From Candidatus Krumholzibacteriia bacterium (GTDB lineage Bacteria > Krumholzibacteriota > Krumholzibacteriia > LZORAL124-64-63): DNA of 55,834 bases. The stretch covers positions 1-55,834 of the forward strand of contig JAZBOO010000284.1 in NCBI GenBank assembly GCA_036351155.1. Reading direction: 5' to 3'. Positions 30,186 through 40,364 of the stretch are shown here, piece after piece. A program made the position numbers and the translations under genes. The notes under the pieces are model-generated. The model searched no databases and was not told the origin of the DNA. It saw nothing but the letters and a program-made list of their open reading frames with translations. How positions within the stretch are numbered: the first letter of the stretch is position 1; the number at the start of each line of letters is the position of its first letter.

Positions 30186-31550
30186 TCAATCCTCGTTTCC
30201 TGGCTGGGTTCGCAGTCCGTACTTGGTGATTTTCTTGTACAGGTTACTGCGCTGCATCCCCAGCTTTTCTGCCGTCTTGCTCACATTATAGAGGTTTTCT
30301 TTCAACTTGTGTTGCAGAAAAGCAGTTTCACTCTCCGATTTGAAATCCTGGAAATCCCGGCAGGCGAAAAAGGACGGCTGCTGGGACACGGCGCTGGCGG
30401 CCCCTGGCAAAAGAGGCAGATCCGCCGGTTTGACCACGTCGCCAGGACACAGAATCAGCAGTCTTTCCACCAGGTTACGCAATTCACGAACATTTCCCGG
30501 CCAGGAGTATTCTCGCAAAATGGCCATGGTTTCCGCAGAAAAAGTACGGGGTGGGGAATTGAGCTTGACCCCGAGATCGGCCATGAACCAGTCCAGGAGC
30601 AATTCCACATCGCCGGGGCGTTCCCGCAGGGGCGGCAAATGGACAGACAGGACGTTCAGGCGGAAAAAGAGATCCTGGCGGAATCCCGACTCAGGGGCCG
30701 AAAGATCCCGGTTTGTGGCCGCCACGATGCGGACATCGACCTCCCGGGTCTCGCTGCCGCCCACCCGCTGGAAGCGGTTTTCTTCCACCGCCTTGAGAAC
30801 CTTGGCCTGGGCTTCGGGATTCATGTCGCCGATTTCATCCAGAAACAGCGTGCCGCCATCGGCCTGCTCGAATTTCCCCACCCGCTGACGATCGGCACCG
30901 GTGAAGCTCCCCCGCTCGTGCCCGAACAACTCGCTTTCCACCAGTTCGTGGGGGATGGCGGCGCAGTTGACCTCGACCAGGGGTCGGTCGGCCCGACGGC
31001 TGGCCTGGTGAATGGACCCCACCACCAGTTCCTTGCCCGTCCCGTTCTCGCCCGTCACCAGGATGGTGCCATCGCTGGCCGCCACCTTCTCGATGAACTG
31101 ACGCACCTGCTGCATGGGAGGACTTTGCCCGACGAGGGGGCTGGCGATGGCCGTCTGTTCCTGCAAGATGCGCCGATCCGAGAGAACCTGGAAATGCTCC
31201 AGGCAATTGCGGAGACTGACCAGAAGCCGGGATCGATCCAGGGGCTTCTCCAGATAGTCGTAGGCTCCCTTCTTGACCGCTTCGACAGCGGTTTCGATGG
31301 TGCCGTGCCCCGAGATGACGATCACCGGGACCCGCGGCTTGTCGGGCCCCAGCTTGGCCAGGACCTCGAAACCGTCCATCTGGGGCATCTTGATATCCAG
31401 CAGCATGACATCAGGCTGCTTCTTGTCGACCAGCTCAAGGGCCTCGGCACCTGACCCCGCCTTGAGGACAGCATAGCCCTCGTAGCTCAGGATCTGTTCG
31501 AGGGTCTCCCTGATGGCCAGTTCGTCGTCGACGATGAGTACGGACTTCAC
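30186..31550 (-). CDS. NtrC/NtrX-type sigma54-interacting response regulator
   Basis: Receiver LIVDDE, LLDIKMP and ISGHG; GENGTGKE, GHERGSFTGA, LFLDEIG and C-terminal HTH. Confidence 0.93.
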   Translation of the reverse strand: MKSVLIVDDELAIRETLEQILSYEGYAVLKAGSGAEALELVDKKQPDVMLLDIKMPQMDGFEVLAKLGPDKPRVPVIVISGHGTIETAVEAVKKGAYDYLEKPLDRSRLLVSLRNCLEHFQVLSDRRILQEQTAIASPLVGQSPPMQQVRQFIEKVAASDGTILVTGENGTGKELVVGSIHQASRRADRPLVEVNCAAIPHELVESELFGHERGSFTGADRQRVGKFEQADGGTLFLDEIGDMNPEAQAKVLKAVEENRFQRVGGSETREVDVRIVAATNRDLSAPESGFRQDLFFRLNVLSVHLPPLRERPGDVELLLDWFMADLGVKLNSPPRTFSAETMAILREYSWPGNVRELRNLVERLLILCPGDVVKPADLPLLPGAASAVSQQPSFFACRDFQDFKSESETAFLQHKLKENLYNVSKTAEKLGMQRSNLYKKITKYGLRTQPGNED

Positions 31551-31676
31551 AGGTCATCCTTGCGGATTGAAGGAAAATGAGGGTTATATGGGCGGCAGGA
31601 ACACCCGCCGACAGTGAATCTGCACCTGGCGGCAGGCCGCTGTCAAGACCATAACCCCGTGCCGAAAACAGGATTC

Positions 31677-32726
31677 ATGAAACCCCTCATCCGCTCCCTG
31701 GTTCCCGCCGAGCTGGCCCGTCTGGTGGCCGAGTCCGGGCTGCCCCCTTTCCGACTGCGCCAGCTGTCTGAATGGCTGTACCCCCACGCCGCCTGGCAAT
31801 GGGACACCATGTCCAACCTCCCTCGCAACCTTCGCGACCGCCTGGCCCAGGATTTCGATCTGGCCGGTCTCGAGCTGCAGGAGCGTCAGGTCTCGGAAGA
31901 TCGCACCCGCAAGTTCCTGTTTCGTCTGCGGGACGGCAGCACCATCGAAAGCGTGATCATTCCCACCGGAGACCATCCTACCTTCTGCCTGTCGACCCAG
32001 GTGGGATGTGCCATGGCCTGCCGGTTCTGCGCCACGGCTCGGGGTGGGCTGGTACGCAATCTGGAGCCCGGAGAAATCATCGAGCAGATTCAGCGCCTGG
32101 AACAGGATCTGAAGGCCGAGCCGGTGCCCGGCCTGGGCGGCAAGCAGCACAACGTGGTTTTCATGGGGATGGGTGAACCCCTGGACAACTGGCCGGCCAT
32201 GGCCGCCAGCCTGGAGATCATGACCCACGAGCAGGCACTGGGCCTTTCCCGCCGGCGCATCCAGATTTCCACCAGTGGTCCCCGCGAGGGGCTGGAGCTC
32301 CTTCTGGCGGCGGCACCCGGCGTGGGCTTGACCCTGAGCCTGGGCGGAAGCGATGACGCCGAGCGCAAGAAGGTCATGCCCGTTCCTGGCCGCACCCCGG
32401 TGACCGAGGCGGTGGATCTGGCGGCCCGCTACGCCAAGGTGACCGGGCGCCGCGCCACCCTGGCCTGGGTGCTGATCAAGGGCAGCACGGACAAGCTGGA
32501 GCAGGCCGCCCGCCTGGTCAAGCTGGCCCGGCGGGGCAACTTCAAGGTGAATCTCATTCCCCTGAATCCCCTGGACGACATCGATCTGGAACGACCCGAG
32601 GAAAAGGGCACCCTGGCCTTCCAGGAAGTTCTGACCGCCGCGGGCATCGACACTTTTATTCGACTGAGCGGCGGGCGTGATATTGCGGCGGCTTGCGGGC
32701 AGCTGCGTCGGCGGCGTGGAGCCTGA
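31677..32726 (+). CDS. rlmN: Dual-specificity RNA methyltransferase RlmN (radical SAM)
   Basis: STQVGCAMACRFC, MGMGEPL and DIAAACGQL. Confidence 0.92.
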   Translation: MKPLIRSLVPAELARLVAESGLPPFRLRQLSEWLYPHAAWQWDTMSNLPRNLRDRLAQDFDLAGLELQERQVSEDRTRKFLFRLRDGSTIESVIIPTGDHPTFCLSTQVGCAMACRFCATARGGLVRNLEPGEIIEQIQRLEQDLKAEPVPGLGGKQHNVVFMGMGEPLDNWPAMAASLEIMTHEQALGLSRRRIQISTSGPREGLELLLAAAPGVGLTLSLGGSDDAERKKVMPVPGRTPVTEAVDLAARYAKVTGRRATLAWVLIKGSTDKLEQAARLVKLARRGNFKVNLIPLNPLDDIDLERPEEKGTLAFQEVLTAAGIDTFIRLSGGRDIAAACGQLRRRRGA

Positions 32727-32730
32727 GGAC

Positions 32731-32760
32731 AAAAAAACTCCGGGCCCATGAGGCCCGGAG
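32731..32760 (-). terminator. Intrinsic terminator of the Rrf2 gene, convergent with rlmN
   Basis: CTCCGGGCC-CATGA-GGCCCGGAG hairpin with seven U on the minus strand. Confidence 0.8.
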
Positions 32761-32788
32761 AAAAATCGGCTGGATGATGCGGCGAAAG

Positions 32789-33187
32789 TCAGATGACGTC
32801 GGCCAGATTGGTGCGGTCCAGAGCACCGGTCAGGGCGCTCTGGGCTTCCCGCCAGACCCCGGCCACCGCGCAGGTGTCGGCATCCTTGCAGGGATCAACC
32901 TTGCGCAGGCAGTGATTCAACACGATGCCACCTTCACAGACTTCCACCACTTCCCGCAGCGTGATGTCCTTGGGATCGCGCCCCATGCTGAACCCACCCT
33001 TGACCCCGCGATGCGACTTGACGATGCCGGCCTGGGCCAGCATCTGGAAGATCTTGGCGAGGAACGCTTCGGACACCTCGCAGGCGCCGGCAATGACCTT
33101 CAGCTGCACGGGAGTGTCGTCCTGACGGCGGGCCAGTTCCTGAAGCCCGCGGATGGCATATTCGGTCTGACGGGTGATCTGCAGCAT
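32789..33187 (-). CDS. Rrf2 family transcriptional regulator
   Basis: TEYAIRGL, FLAKIFQML, SHRGVKGGF and ITLREVVE; C-terminal C-x6-C-x5-C suggests an Fe-S cluster. Confidence 0.92.
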   Translation of the reverse strand: MLQITRQTEYAIRGLQELARRQDDTPVQLKVIAGACEVSEAFLAKIFQMLAQAGIVKSHRGVKGGFSMGRDPKDITLREVVEVCEGGIVLNHCLRKVDPCKDADTCAVAGVWREAQSALTGALDRTNLADVI

Positions 33188-33267
33188 GTACGGGACCTCG
33201 GAGGCTTAAGGTTCGTTCCCTGATGTCGTTGTCCAGAAAACGAAGAAAAACTCTTGCCTGCCAATTG

Positions 33268-34503
33268 TCAACTGAAGTTGTCGGGTACCACGTCCAGCGC
33301 CTTGACCGTCATGCCCGTCAAGGGCATTTTCGACAATGAGTTAGCTCTTGAATACAGGCCTTCCATCAGAGATTTTTCCTTAAAGAATTCCCTGGCCAAA
33401 GAGGATCTGGCCTCGAGATCGGCGCCGGCCTGGGAGCACGAGGCGTCCGGGGTCCCCCCCGGACCGCCATCAAGCAAAAAGACCCGCACCGTCAAACGAT
33501 AGCGCGTGATGGCATGGGAGAACCTTCCGCATTCCCTGGCTTCGCTCAGATCACAGTCAACACCGGCCCGGGAAAGGCGCCCTGCCAGGGGACTGTCGGG
33601 ACTCCACCTGAGAGTGACCGGGATCTCCTGCGGGACATACCAGACGGTGGTGGGCAACCCCAGCATGCCCTGCTGCAGTCCCGAAAAATCCGATCGCACC
33701 GGCTCCACCTCCCGCCCTTGCAACTGCAGATCTGCCGGCCCGGTGGCCGGGACCAGCCAGAGCCCCTCCCGGTTCTTCAAGACCAGCAGGCAGGCTTCCA
33801 CCGGCAACGGCGCCTCACGTCGGGTCGGCAGTGGGATCAGATCGGCCATTCCGGCCAGGCCCGCCCGACAGTGGTCCAGCACGGGGCAGGTGTCGCAAGC
33901 GGCCCGCCGAGCGCCGCACACCAGGGCACCCAGTTCCATCATGGCCTCGTTCCACTGGCCGGGATCCGTGGCGGGAACCAGCCGGGCGGCCCAGAGAGAA
34001 AGGTCCCGCGGTTTGAGGGAGTCCAGCTGATCGGGATGGCCCGCCAGCCAGCGGGTGAGCACCCTCCTGGCGTTGGCATCCAGGGCGGGCACCCGCTCCC
34101 CCAGAGCCTGGCTGGCGATGGCTCCGCTGGCATAGGGTCCCACCCCGGGCAGCGCCGCCCATCCGGCCTGAGAATCAGGGAGCTCTCCCCCCTGGGCCAT
34201 GACCTGACGGGCCGCCTGATGCAGATGCCGCGCACGACGGTAGTACCCCAGCCCCGACCACATGGCCAGGACCTCCTGCTCCTCGGCCTGGGCCAGTTCC
34301 CGGACCGAGGGAAAACGGGCCAGGAAACGGTTCCAGTACCCCTCCACCACGGACACGGTGGTTTGCTGCAGCATGGTCTCGGCAATCCAGGTGCCGTACA
34401 GGGTGCGGTCCCGACGCCAGGGCAAGGGGCGCGCCACTTCCTCGAACCAGCCCAAGAGATTGTCCCGGAGGGCCTTGATTGTCTGGTCATCGAGGTCGAA
34501 CAT
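33268..34503 (-). CDS. mutY: A/G-specific adenine glycosylase MutY
   Basis: RPLPWR, ETMLQQT, WSGLGYYRRAR, LPGVGPY and Fe-S motif C-x6-C-x2-C-x5-C. Confidence 0.9.
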   Translation of the reverse strand: MFDLDDQTIKALRDNLLGWFEEVARPLPWRRDRTLYGTWIAETMLQQTTVSVVEGYWNRFLARFPSVRELAQAEEQEVLAMWSGLGYYRRARHLHQAARQVMAQGGELPDSQAGWAALPGVGPYASGAIASQALGERVPALDANARRVLTRWLAGHPDQLDSLKPRDLSLWAARLVPATDPGQWNEAMMELGALVCGARRAACDTCPVLDHCRAGLAGMADLIPLPTRREAPLPVEACLLVLKNREGLWLVPATGPADLQLQGREVEPVRSDFSGLQQGMLGLPTTVWYVPQEIPVTLRWSPDSPLAGRLSRAGVDCDLSEARECGRFSHAITRYRLTVRVFLLDGGPGGTPDASCSQAGADLEARSSLAREFFKEKSLMEGLYSRANSLSKMPLTGMTVKALDVVPDNFS

Positions 34504-34625
34504 GACACCTTTCCCCTGTCAATTCCCACAGGCAGGGCGTTGACAAATCAGAGTGCAAAGAGTAAGGATTGTCTTTTTGACGAGGGATATTCCCCAAGTT
34601 GCCACTTCCTCGATGGGAGCCTGCC

Positions 34626-36443
34626 ATGTCCGTGCAAACCCTTCCCGAACTCTTCCTGGCGGCGGTCCACGACCACCCGCGTCCGGACCTGTTCACCTAC
34701 CGGGACCGGACCGGGCACTGGCAGGACATGTCCAGCGAGGAAGCCCTGCGGCGGGTCCGGGCCCTGCGTCACGGCTTGCAATCCCTGGGTGTCAAGGCCG
34801 GGGACAACGTGGTCATCCTTTCGGAGAACCGGGTGGAATGGGCCCTGAGCGACCTGGCAATCCTGTGCGCCGGCGGGGTTTCGGTGCCCATCTACAGCAC
34901 CCTGTTGCCCGAAACCATCGCATACATCTTGAACGACTGCCAGCCCCAGGTGGTCCTGGTCAGTTCCGAAGAACAGGCCAACAAGGTCAACCAGGTCAGG
35001 GACCAGGTTCCCACCCTGAAAGACGTGGTGGTTTTCGATGAGGTGGCCGTGCCCGGTGCGATGAGTTTCGAGCAGCTGCTACGCATTGGCCAGAACCAGG
35101 TGGAGAGCAATCCTCCCGCCCCCAATCAGGACTGCGTGACGGTGGACAAGGACGCCCCCTGCAGCATCATCTACACCTCCGGGACCACCGGCAATCCCAA
35201 GGGTGTGGTGCTTTCCCACTGGAACTTCGTATCCAATGTGAAGGCCATCGAGAGCATCTTCGATTTCTACCCCACGGACAAGGCGCTTTCGTTCCTGCCG
35301 CTTTCCCATGTGCTCGAGCGCATGGCGGGATACTACACCATGATCAGTGCCGGCGCGGGCATCGCCTACGCCCAGCGCATGGACACCGTCCCGGTGGATA
35401 TCCTCGAGGCCAAGCCCACCATCTTGATCAGCGTGCCCCGGCTGTACGAGAAGATTTACGCCAAGGCCATGGCCACTGCCGTGGGTTCGGGCAGTCTCAA
35501 GAAGAACATCTTCTTCTGGGCGCGACGGATCGCCATGGAATGTGCCGACCTGTCAGTCGAGGGCAAGAAGCCAGGCGGCTGGCTGGCCTTCCAGCAGAAG
35601 GTGGCCGACACGCTGGTCTTCAAGAAGCTGCGCAGCAAGCTGGGAGGCAACGTGCGCTTCATGGTTTCCGGTGGGGCCCCCCTGGGCATGAAGATCAACA
35701 AGTTCTTCCACGGTTGCGGGCTGGTGATTCTGGAGGGCTACGGCTTGACCGAGACCTCGCCTGTGCTGTCCTGCAACTACCATGGAAACATGCGTTTTGG
35801 CAGTATCGGCAAGGTTTTGCCCGGCACGGAAATCGAAATTGCCGAGGACGGCGAGATCATGGCCCGCGGCCCCCAGGTGATGATCGGGTACCACAACAAC
35901 GAGGAGGCCACCCGGGAAGTCCTGAGCGCCGATGGCTGGCTGGCCACCGGGGACATCGGCCACCTGGATGATGATGGTTTCCTCTACATCACCGACCGCA
36001 AGAAGGACATCATCGTCACCGCCGGCGGCAAGAACATCGCGCCTCAGCCCATCGAAAATCGGTTCACCGCCGACAAGCTGGTCACGCAGATGGTGGTCAT
36101 CGGGGACCGCCGATCTTTCCTGACGGGATTGATCGTCCCCAATTTCGAGGTCCTCGAGGAATGGGCCCAGAAGCATGAAATTGCCGCGCCTACCACCGCC
36201 GCCTTGCTGACCCATCCCCAGGTCCAGGAGCTGTACAGTCAGTTGATGGACCGCATCAACGGGGATCTGCCCGGCTTCAACCAGCTGAAGAAATTCACCT
36301 TGCTGGAGCGTGAGTTCACCCTGGAAGACGGAGAGCTGACGCCCACCATGAAGGTCAAGCGGTTTGCCATCAGCAGGAAATATGCGGCAGTGATCGACAG
36401 GATGTACCCTGCGGCCATTCCCGGCGAGGAAGGCGACGGGTGA
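34626..36443 (+). CDS. Long-chain fatty acid--CoA ligase (AMP-binding)
   Basis: YTSGTTGNPKG, SFLPLSHVLER, EGYGLTET, ATGDIG and ITDRKKD. Confidence 0.92.
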   Translation: MSVQTLPELFLAAVHDHPRPDLFTYRDRTGHWQDMSSEEALRRVRALRHGLQSLGVKAGDNVVILSENRVEWALSDLAILCAGGVSVPIYSTLLPETIAYILNDCQPQVVLVSSEEQANKVNQVRDQVPTLKDVVVFDEVAVPGAMSFEQLLRIGQNQVESNPPAPNQDCVTVDKDAPCSIIYTSGTTGNPKGVVLSHWNFVSNVKAIESIFDFYPTDKALSFLPLSHVLERMAGYYTMISAGAGIAYAQRMDTVPVDILEAKPTILISVPRLYEKIYAKAMATAVGSGSLKKNIFFWARRIAMECADLSVEGKKPGGWLAFQQKVADTLVFKKLRSKLGGNVRFMVSGGAPLGMKINKFFHGCGLVILEGYGLTETSPVLSCNYHGNMRFGSIGKVLPGTEIEIAEDGEIMARGPQVMIGYHNNEEATREVLSADGWLATGDIGHLDDDGFLYITDRKKDIIVTAGGKNIAPQPIENRFTADKLVTQMVVIGDRRSFLTGLIVPNFEVLEEWAQKHEIAAPTTAALLTHPQVQELYSQLMDRINGDLPGFNQLKKFTLLEREFTLEDGELTPTMKVKRFAISRKYAAVIDRMYPAAIPGEEGDG

Positions 36444-37411
36444 GCAGCGAACCCTCCCTTGAAACGGGCCCCCGCCAGGTAACGCCCCCCCTGTCGCGCT
36501 GGATGCAGCCCATGTTCTGCACCGCCGTGGGGCTGGTGGGCAACTCCCTGCTGTCGGCGGGCAAGATCACCGTGGGCATACTGGCGGGGTCGGCCGCCCT
36601 GGTGGCCGATGGCTACCACAGCCTGGCCGACGTGCTGAGCGACATCGGCATTTTGCTGGCGCTGAAGGCGGCCAACCAGCCACCCGACGACAATCACCCC
36701 TACGGGCATCACAGCTTTGAAACCCTCGGGGCCATCATCGTGGCCGTGTTCATGCTGGGCACGGCGGTCATGATCGGGCGCGAGGCCATCCTGGCAATCC
36801 TCGAGGGAGATTTCAAGCATCCGGAGTGGGCCGCCCTGGTGGCCTCCCTGGTGTCCGTGGTGATCAAGGAAGTCATGGCCCGCTACACGATCACCGTGGG
36901 CAAGCATCACAACAGCCCCGCCCTGCTGGCCAACGGGGCCATGCACCGCTCCGATGCCATCAGCTCCCTGGCCGCCGCCGCAGGTATTGCCGGCGCCATG
37001 GCCGGGTGGCCCATACTCGACAGCATCGGGGCCTTCGTGATTGCCCTGTTCATCTTGCGCATGGGCTGGGAACTGCTGCGGGAAAACGTGATGGCGCTGA
37101 TGGACACCATGCCCGACCAGGAACTGGTGGGCCAGATCCAGGCCGCCGTCGAAACCGTGCCCTGCATCCAGGAAGTCCGGGCCTTGCATGTGCGCCAGCG
37201 GGGGTCCTGGTTCCTGGCCGACCTGCGCATCGCCGTGCACCCCGAACACACCATCGCCGTGGCCCACGACATCGCCCATCAGGCCGAGGACGCCGTGCGC
37301 GGCGAGGTCGCGAAGATTGCCCGGGTATTCGTGCATGTGGAGCCAGGTGAGTTCAAGGACGAGCCCCGCTGCCCTACTTGCGATCCTTCCGGTCACCAAG
37401 CACAACGGTGA
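36440..37411 (+). CDS. Cation diffusion facilitator (FieF-like) transporter
   Basis: ADGYHSLAD, HPYGH, HRSDA and VFVHVEP. Confidence 0.92.
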   Translation: MSSEPSLETGPRQVTPPLSRWMQPMFCTAVGLVGNSLLSAGKITVGILAGSAALVADGYHSLADVLSDIGILLALKAANQPPDDNHPYGHHSFETLGAIIVAVFMLGTAVMIGREAILAILEGDFKHPEWAALVASLVSVVIKEVMARYTITVGKHHNSPALLANGAMHRSDAISSLAAAAGIAGAMAGWPILDSIGAFVIALFILRMGWELLRENVMALMDTMPDQELVGQIQAAVETVPCIQEVRALHVRQRGSWFLADLRIAVHPEHTIAVAHDIAHQAEDAVRGEVAKIARVFVHVEPGEFKDEPRCPTCDPSGHQAQR

Positions 37412-38651
37412 AGTTGAGCGGGGAACCGTCGCGCAACAAGGTGATCTCCACCAGGTCGCCGGGGTTGTTGGCCCGCAGAGCGCGGGTGAAGGTGGGCAGG
37501 TCGGTGACCTCGTGCCCGGCCAGCGTGATCAGGACATCTCCCTTCAGCAATCCCGCCTCGGCGGCCGGGCTGCCATCGAACACTCCGGCCAGCTTGTAAC
37601 CCGCCATCTCCTCGGTGAAATCAGGCAAGGTTCCCAGCCAGGAGCTGCGGTTCTGGGGCCCGTCGTCGTCGCGCAGTTCGGGCTGAGCCACCATGATCCA
37701 GGTGGAATTTTCCGGCCGCGTGACCGCCTGGACCGCCAGACGAAAACCGTAGTCGGCCACGGCCTCAAGCCCGGAGTAGTTCAGTGTTTCCCAGGTGTCG
37801 GCGGGCGTGTTGTACTGACGGTACGGGCCGCCGAAAACAAACAGCACGGGCACTTCGCGTGTGTTGAACACCATGTGATCGCTGCCCGACCAGCCCCCTT
37901 CGGCCAGGCTCAAGGTCAGGCCCCCGTCACCGGCGGTCCGGGCCATCTCGCGAAGGTTGGCGGCGGTGCCCACCCCACTCACGTAGAGGGTGTTGTCGGA
38001 GACTTGACCCACCGTGTCATAGTTGATCATGAGATCCACCTGATCGAGAGCCAGGGGAGCATGGTTGACGAAATAGCTGCTGCCCTGCAACCCCACTTCC
38101 TCGGCCCCGAAGAATACCACCAGCAAGCTGCGGCGATGGGCTTCAGACTCCAGGTGCGACAGACGCTCCATGATCTCGGACACCACCACGACGCCGGAGG
38201 CATTGTCGTTGGCGCCCGCATAGAAGGCCCCCGGAGCCGGCACCGCGGTCGGGTCCTGGGCGGCCAGCAATCCCAGGTGGTCATGATGGGCCCCGATGAT
38301 CACCCAGCGGTTCGCCAGATCACCATGACCGGCCAGGGTCCCGGCCACGTTGAGGCTGGTGTGTCCGGCCAGCTCCTGGCCCAGCCAGCCCGTTCCGGTC
38401 AGGTCAAATTCCTGGAGCCAGCCGCCGGCGAACGCCGGCTGAAGGCCGCTCTGCTCCATCCACTCGACCAGGAGCTCGGCGGTGGCCGCGGTGGCCGGGG
38501 TGCCGCTGCCCCGACCCGCCAGCTCGGGCGCGGTCAGGGTCTGCACACGTGCCGTCATCCTTGCGACCGGAGTTGTATCCTGGCCGGCGGCCGGATGAGC
38601 AGCCACCAGCAGACTCACTGTCAGCAGAAGGAGAAGGAAAACGCGCGTCAT
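37374..38651 (-). CDS. Secreted M28 family peptidase with C-terminal PDZ domain
   Basis: GAHHDHLG, GANDNASG, AEEVGLQGS, SDH; PDZ LGTLPD...GSPAAEAGLLKGD. Confidence 0.88.
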   Translation of the reverse strand: MTRVFLLLLLTVSLLVAAHPAAGQDTTPVARMTARVQTLTAPELAGRGSGTPATAATAELLVEWMEQSGLQPAFAGGWLQEFDLTGTGWLGQELAGHTSLNVAGTLAGHGDLANRWVIIGAHHDHLGLLAAQDPTAVPAPGAFYAGANDNASGVVVVSEIMERLSHLESEAHRRSLLVVFFGAEEVGLQGSSYFVNHAPLALDQVDLMINYDTVGQVSDNTLYVSGVGTAANLREMARTAGDGGLTLSLAEGGWSGSDHMVFNTREVPVLFVFGGPYRQYNTPADTWETLNYSGLEAVADYGFRLAVQAVTRPENSTWIMVAQPELRDDDGPQNRSSWLGTLPDFTEEMAGYKLAGVFDGSPAAEAGLLKGDVLITLAGHEVTDLPTFTRALRANNPGDLVEITLLRDGSPLNFTVVLGDRKDRK

Positions 38652-38678
38652 GATGTAGTCTCCATTTCTGGCCTTCGA

Positions 38679-40364
38679 TTACCGTCCCTGGGCCGTGCCC
38701 ATACCCCGCGGATCGCTGGCCCCGGTGAGGGCACCGGTCTGCCGATCCCGCACGATGATCTGGGCATTGCACATGGGACTGCGGGCTTGCAGGAGGTGTC
38801 CCTTGTCCGCGAGAAGGGCGGCCGTGTCGGGACTCAGGCCAAAATGCTCGTGGTAAAGAACCCGTGGGTACCACTGGTGGTGCAGACGAGGCGCCGAAAC
38901 AGCCTGAAGCGCATCCATGCCATGGTCCACAACGTTGATGATGGTCTGCATGGTGGTCGAAATGATCTTGGAGCCCCCGGGAGCTCCGGTGACCATCCGG
39001 ACCTCCTGGCCCTCCAGGACAATGGTGGGTGTCATGCTCGACAGCGGCCGCTTGCCGGGCGCAATGCTGTTGGCCTCGCCGCCCACCAGCCCGAAGGCGT
39101 TGGGCTGTCCAGGCGCAGCCACGAAGTCATCCATCTCGTCGTTCAGGACGATACCCGTACCCGCAGCCACCCAGCCCGAGCCGAAGCTGAGATTGATCGT
39201 CAGGGTGGCCGCCAGGGCATTGCCCCGGGCATCGACCACACTGAAATGGGTGGTCTCGTCACTTTCGGCCGGCACCAGAGGAGCACCCACGATGGCCGTT
39301 TCTGGGTAAGCATGGTCCGGATCGATCAGAGCACGCAGAGAGTCGGTCCTGTCGGTGGACAGAAGCATATCCAGGGGCACGGGAACAAAATCGCTGTCCC
39401 CCAGATAAAGGCTGCGGTCGGCATAGGCCAGCTTCATGACCTCGGCCAGAAGGTGTCCCGTGGCCGCAGACCCGAACCCGGTGGCCGAAAGATCGAAGGG
39501 CTCGAGCAAGGCCAGCATCTGCAAGAGGTGCACGCCTCCGCTGCTGGGCGGCGGCATGGAGACGATGGTCAATCCCCGGTAGGTGCCGATCAACGGCTGC
39601 CGCCACTGGGGGTGATAGTCTTTCAGGTCGGCCAGGGTCAGACCCCGGGGATCATCCTGACGCACCGTGGCCACCATGTCCCGGGCGATGGGCCCGGTGT
39701 AGAAGGCGTCGCCCCCCTTTTCGGCGATGGCGGCCAGGGTCAGGGCCAGGTCCTCTTGAACCAGAAGATCCCCCACCGCCGGCACCTGATTACCGGGCAG
39801 GAAGATGGCCCGGGCCGCAGGATTGAACCGGTCGGCATGATAGGCAATGCGGGTCTGAAGCAACGATGAAACGGGAAACCCGGTGGCGGCCAGCTGCCGG
39901 GCGGGTTCCACCAGATCGGCCCAGGGAAGAGTTCCCATTTCCCGGTGCAGGCGTTCCAGGCCGCGCACCAGCCCCGGTACAGCCACCGACAGCGGCCCAT
40001 CCCGACTCAGGCGCGGGTCGACCTCGCCCCCGTCAAGATACATGTCCCGGTGGGCGTCGCGGGGCGCCACCTCGCGCGCGTCCAGGGCCCGGAAGCGGTC
40101 ATGACCCGCCTCGTAGGAGACCAGGAAGCCGCCGCCGCCCAGGCCCGAGCTATAGGGTTCCACCACGGCCAGGGCCAGGGCGGTGGCCACCCCCGCATCG
40201 AAGGCATTGCCCCCCTGCAGGAGAATGGCCAGCCCCACCTCCGTGGCCAGGGGATGCGCACTGACCACCATGCAGGAATCGCCGTGGGCGGGAGACTCCA
40301 CCGCCACGGCCGGCCTCGAAACAGCCAGGGCCAGGAGCAGGAAAACCAGGATCTGAGATTTCAC
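38679..40364 (-). CDS. ggt: Gamma-glutamyltransferase
   Basis: GGNAFDA, SGLGGGGF, autocleavage ETTHFSVVD, LNDEMDDF and PGKRPLSSMTP; GTG start overlaps the upstream TGA. Confidence 0.95.
   Translation of the reverse strand: MKSQILVFLLLALAVSRPAVAVESPAHGDSCMVVSAHPLATEVGLAILLQGGNAFDAGVATALALAVVEPYSSGLGGGGFLVSYEAGHDRFRALDAREVAPRDAHRDMYLDGGEVDPRLSRDGPLSVAVPGLVRGLERLHREMGTLPWADLVEPARQLAATGFPVSSLLQTRIAYHADRFNPAARAIFLPGNQVPAVGDLLVQEDLALTLAAIAEKGGDAFYTGPIARDMVATVRQDDPRGLTLADLKDYHPQWRQPLIGTYRGLTIVSMPPPSSGGVHLLQMLALLEPFDLSATGFGSAATGHLLAEVMKLAYADRSLYLGDSDFVPVPLDMLLSTDRTDSLRALIDPDHAYPETAIVGAPLVPAESDETTHFSVVDARGNALAATLTINLSFGSGWVAAGTGIVLNDEMDDFVAAPGQPNAFGLVGGEANSIAPGKRPLSSMTPTIVLEGQEVRMVTGAPGGSKIISTTMQTIINVVDHGMDALQAVSAPRLHHQWYPRVLYHEHFGLSPDTAALLADKGHLLQARSPMCNAQIIVRDRQTGALTGASDPRGMGTAQGR

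Noticed and set aside
34540-34569. TTGACA promoter before the acyl-CoA ligase or an Rrf2 operator
   Set aside because: The -10 at 17-bp spacing (TAAGGA) is poor and no convincing dyad is shared with the Rrf2 upstream region.
37188-39869. 893-aa plus-strand ORF and similar long antisense ORFs (e.g. 2687-4921, 6007-7542, 18790-20724, 28005-29720)
   Set aside because: Shadow frames opposite well-supported genes in GC-rich DNA; no recognisable motifs.
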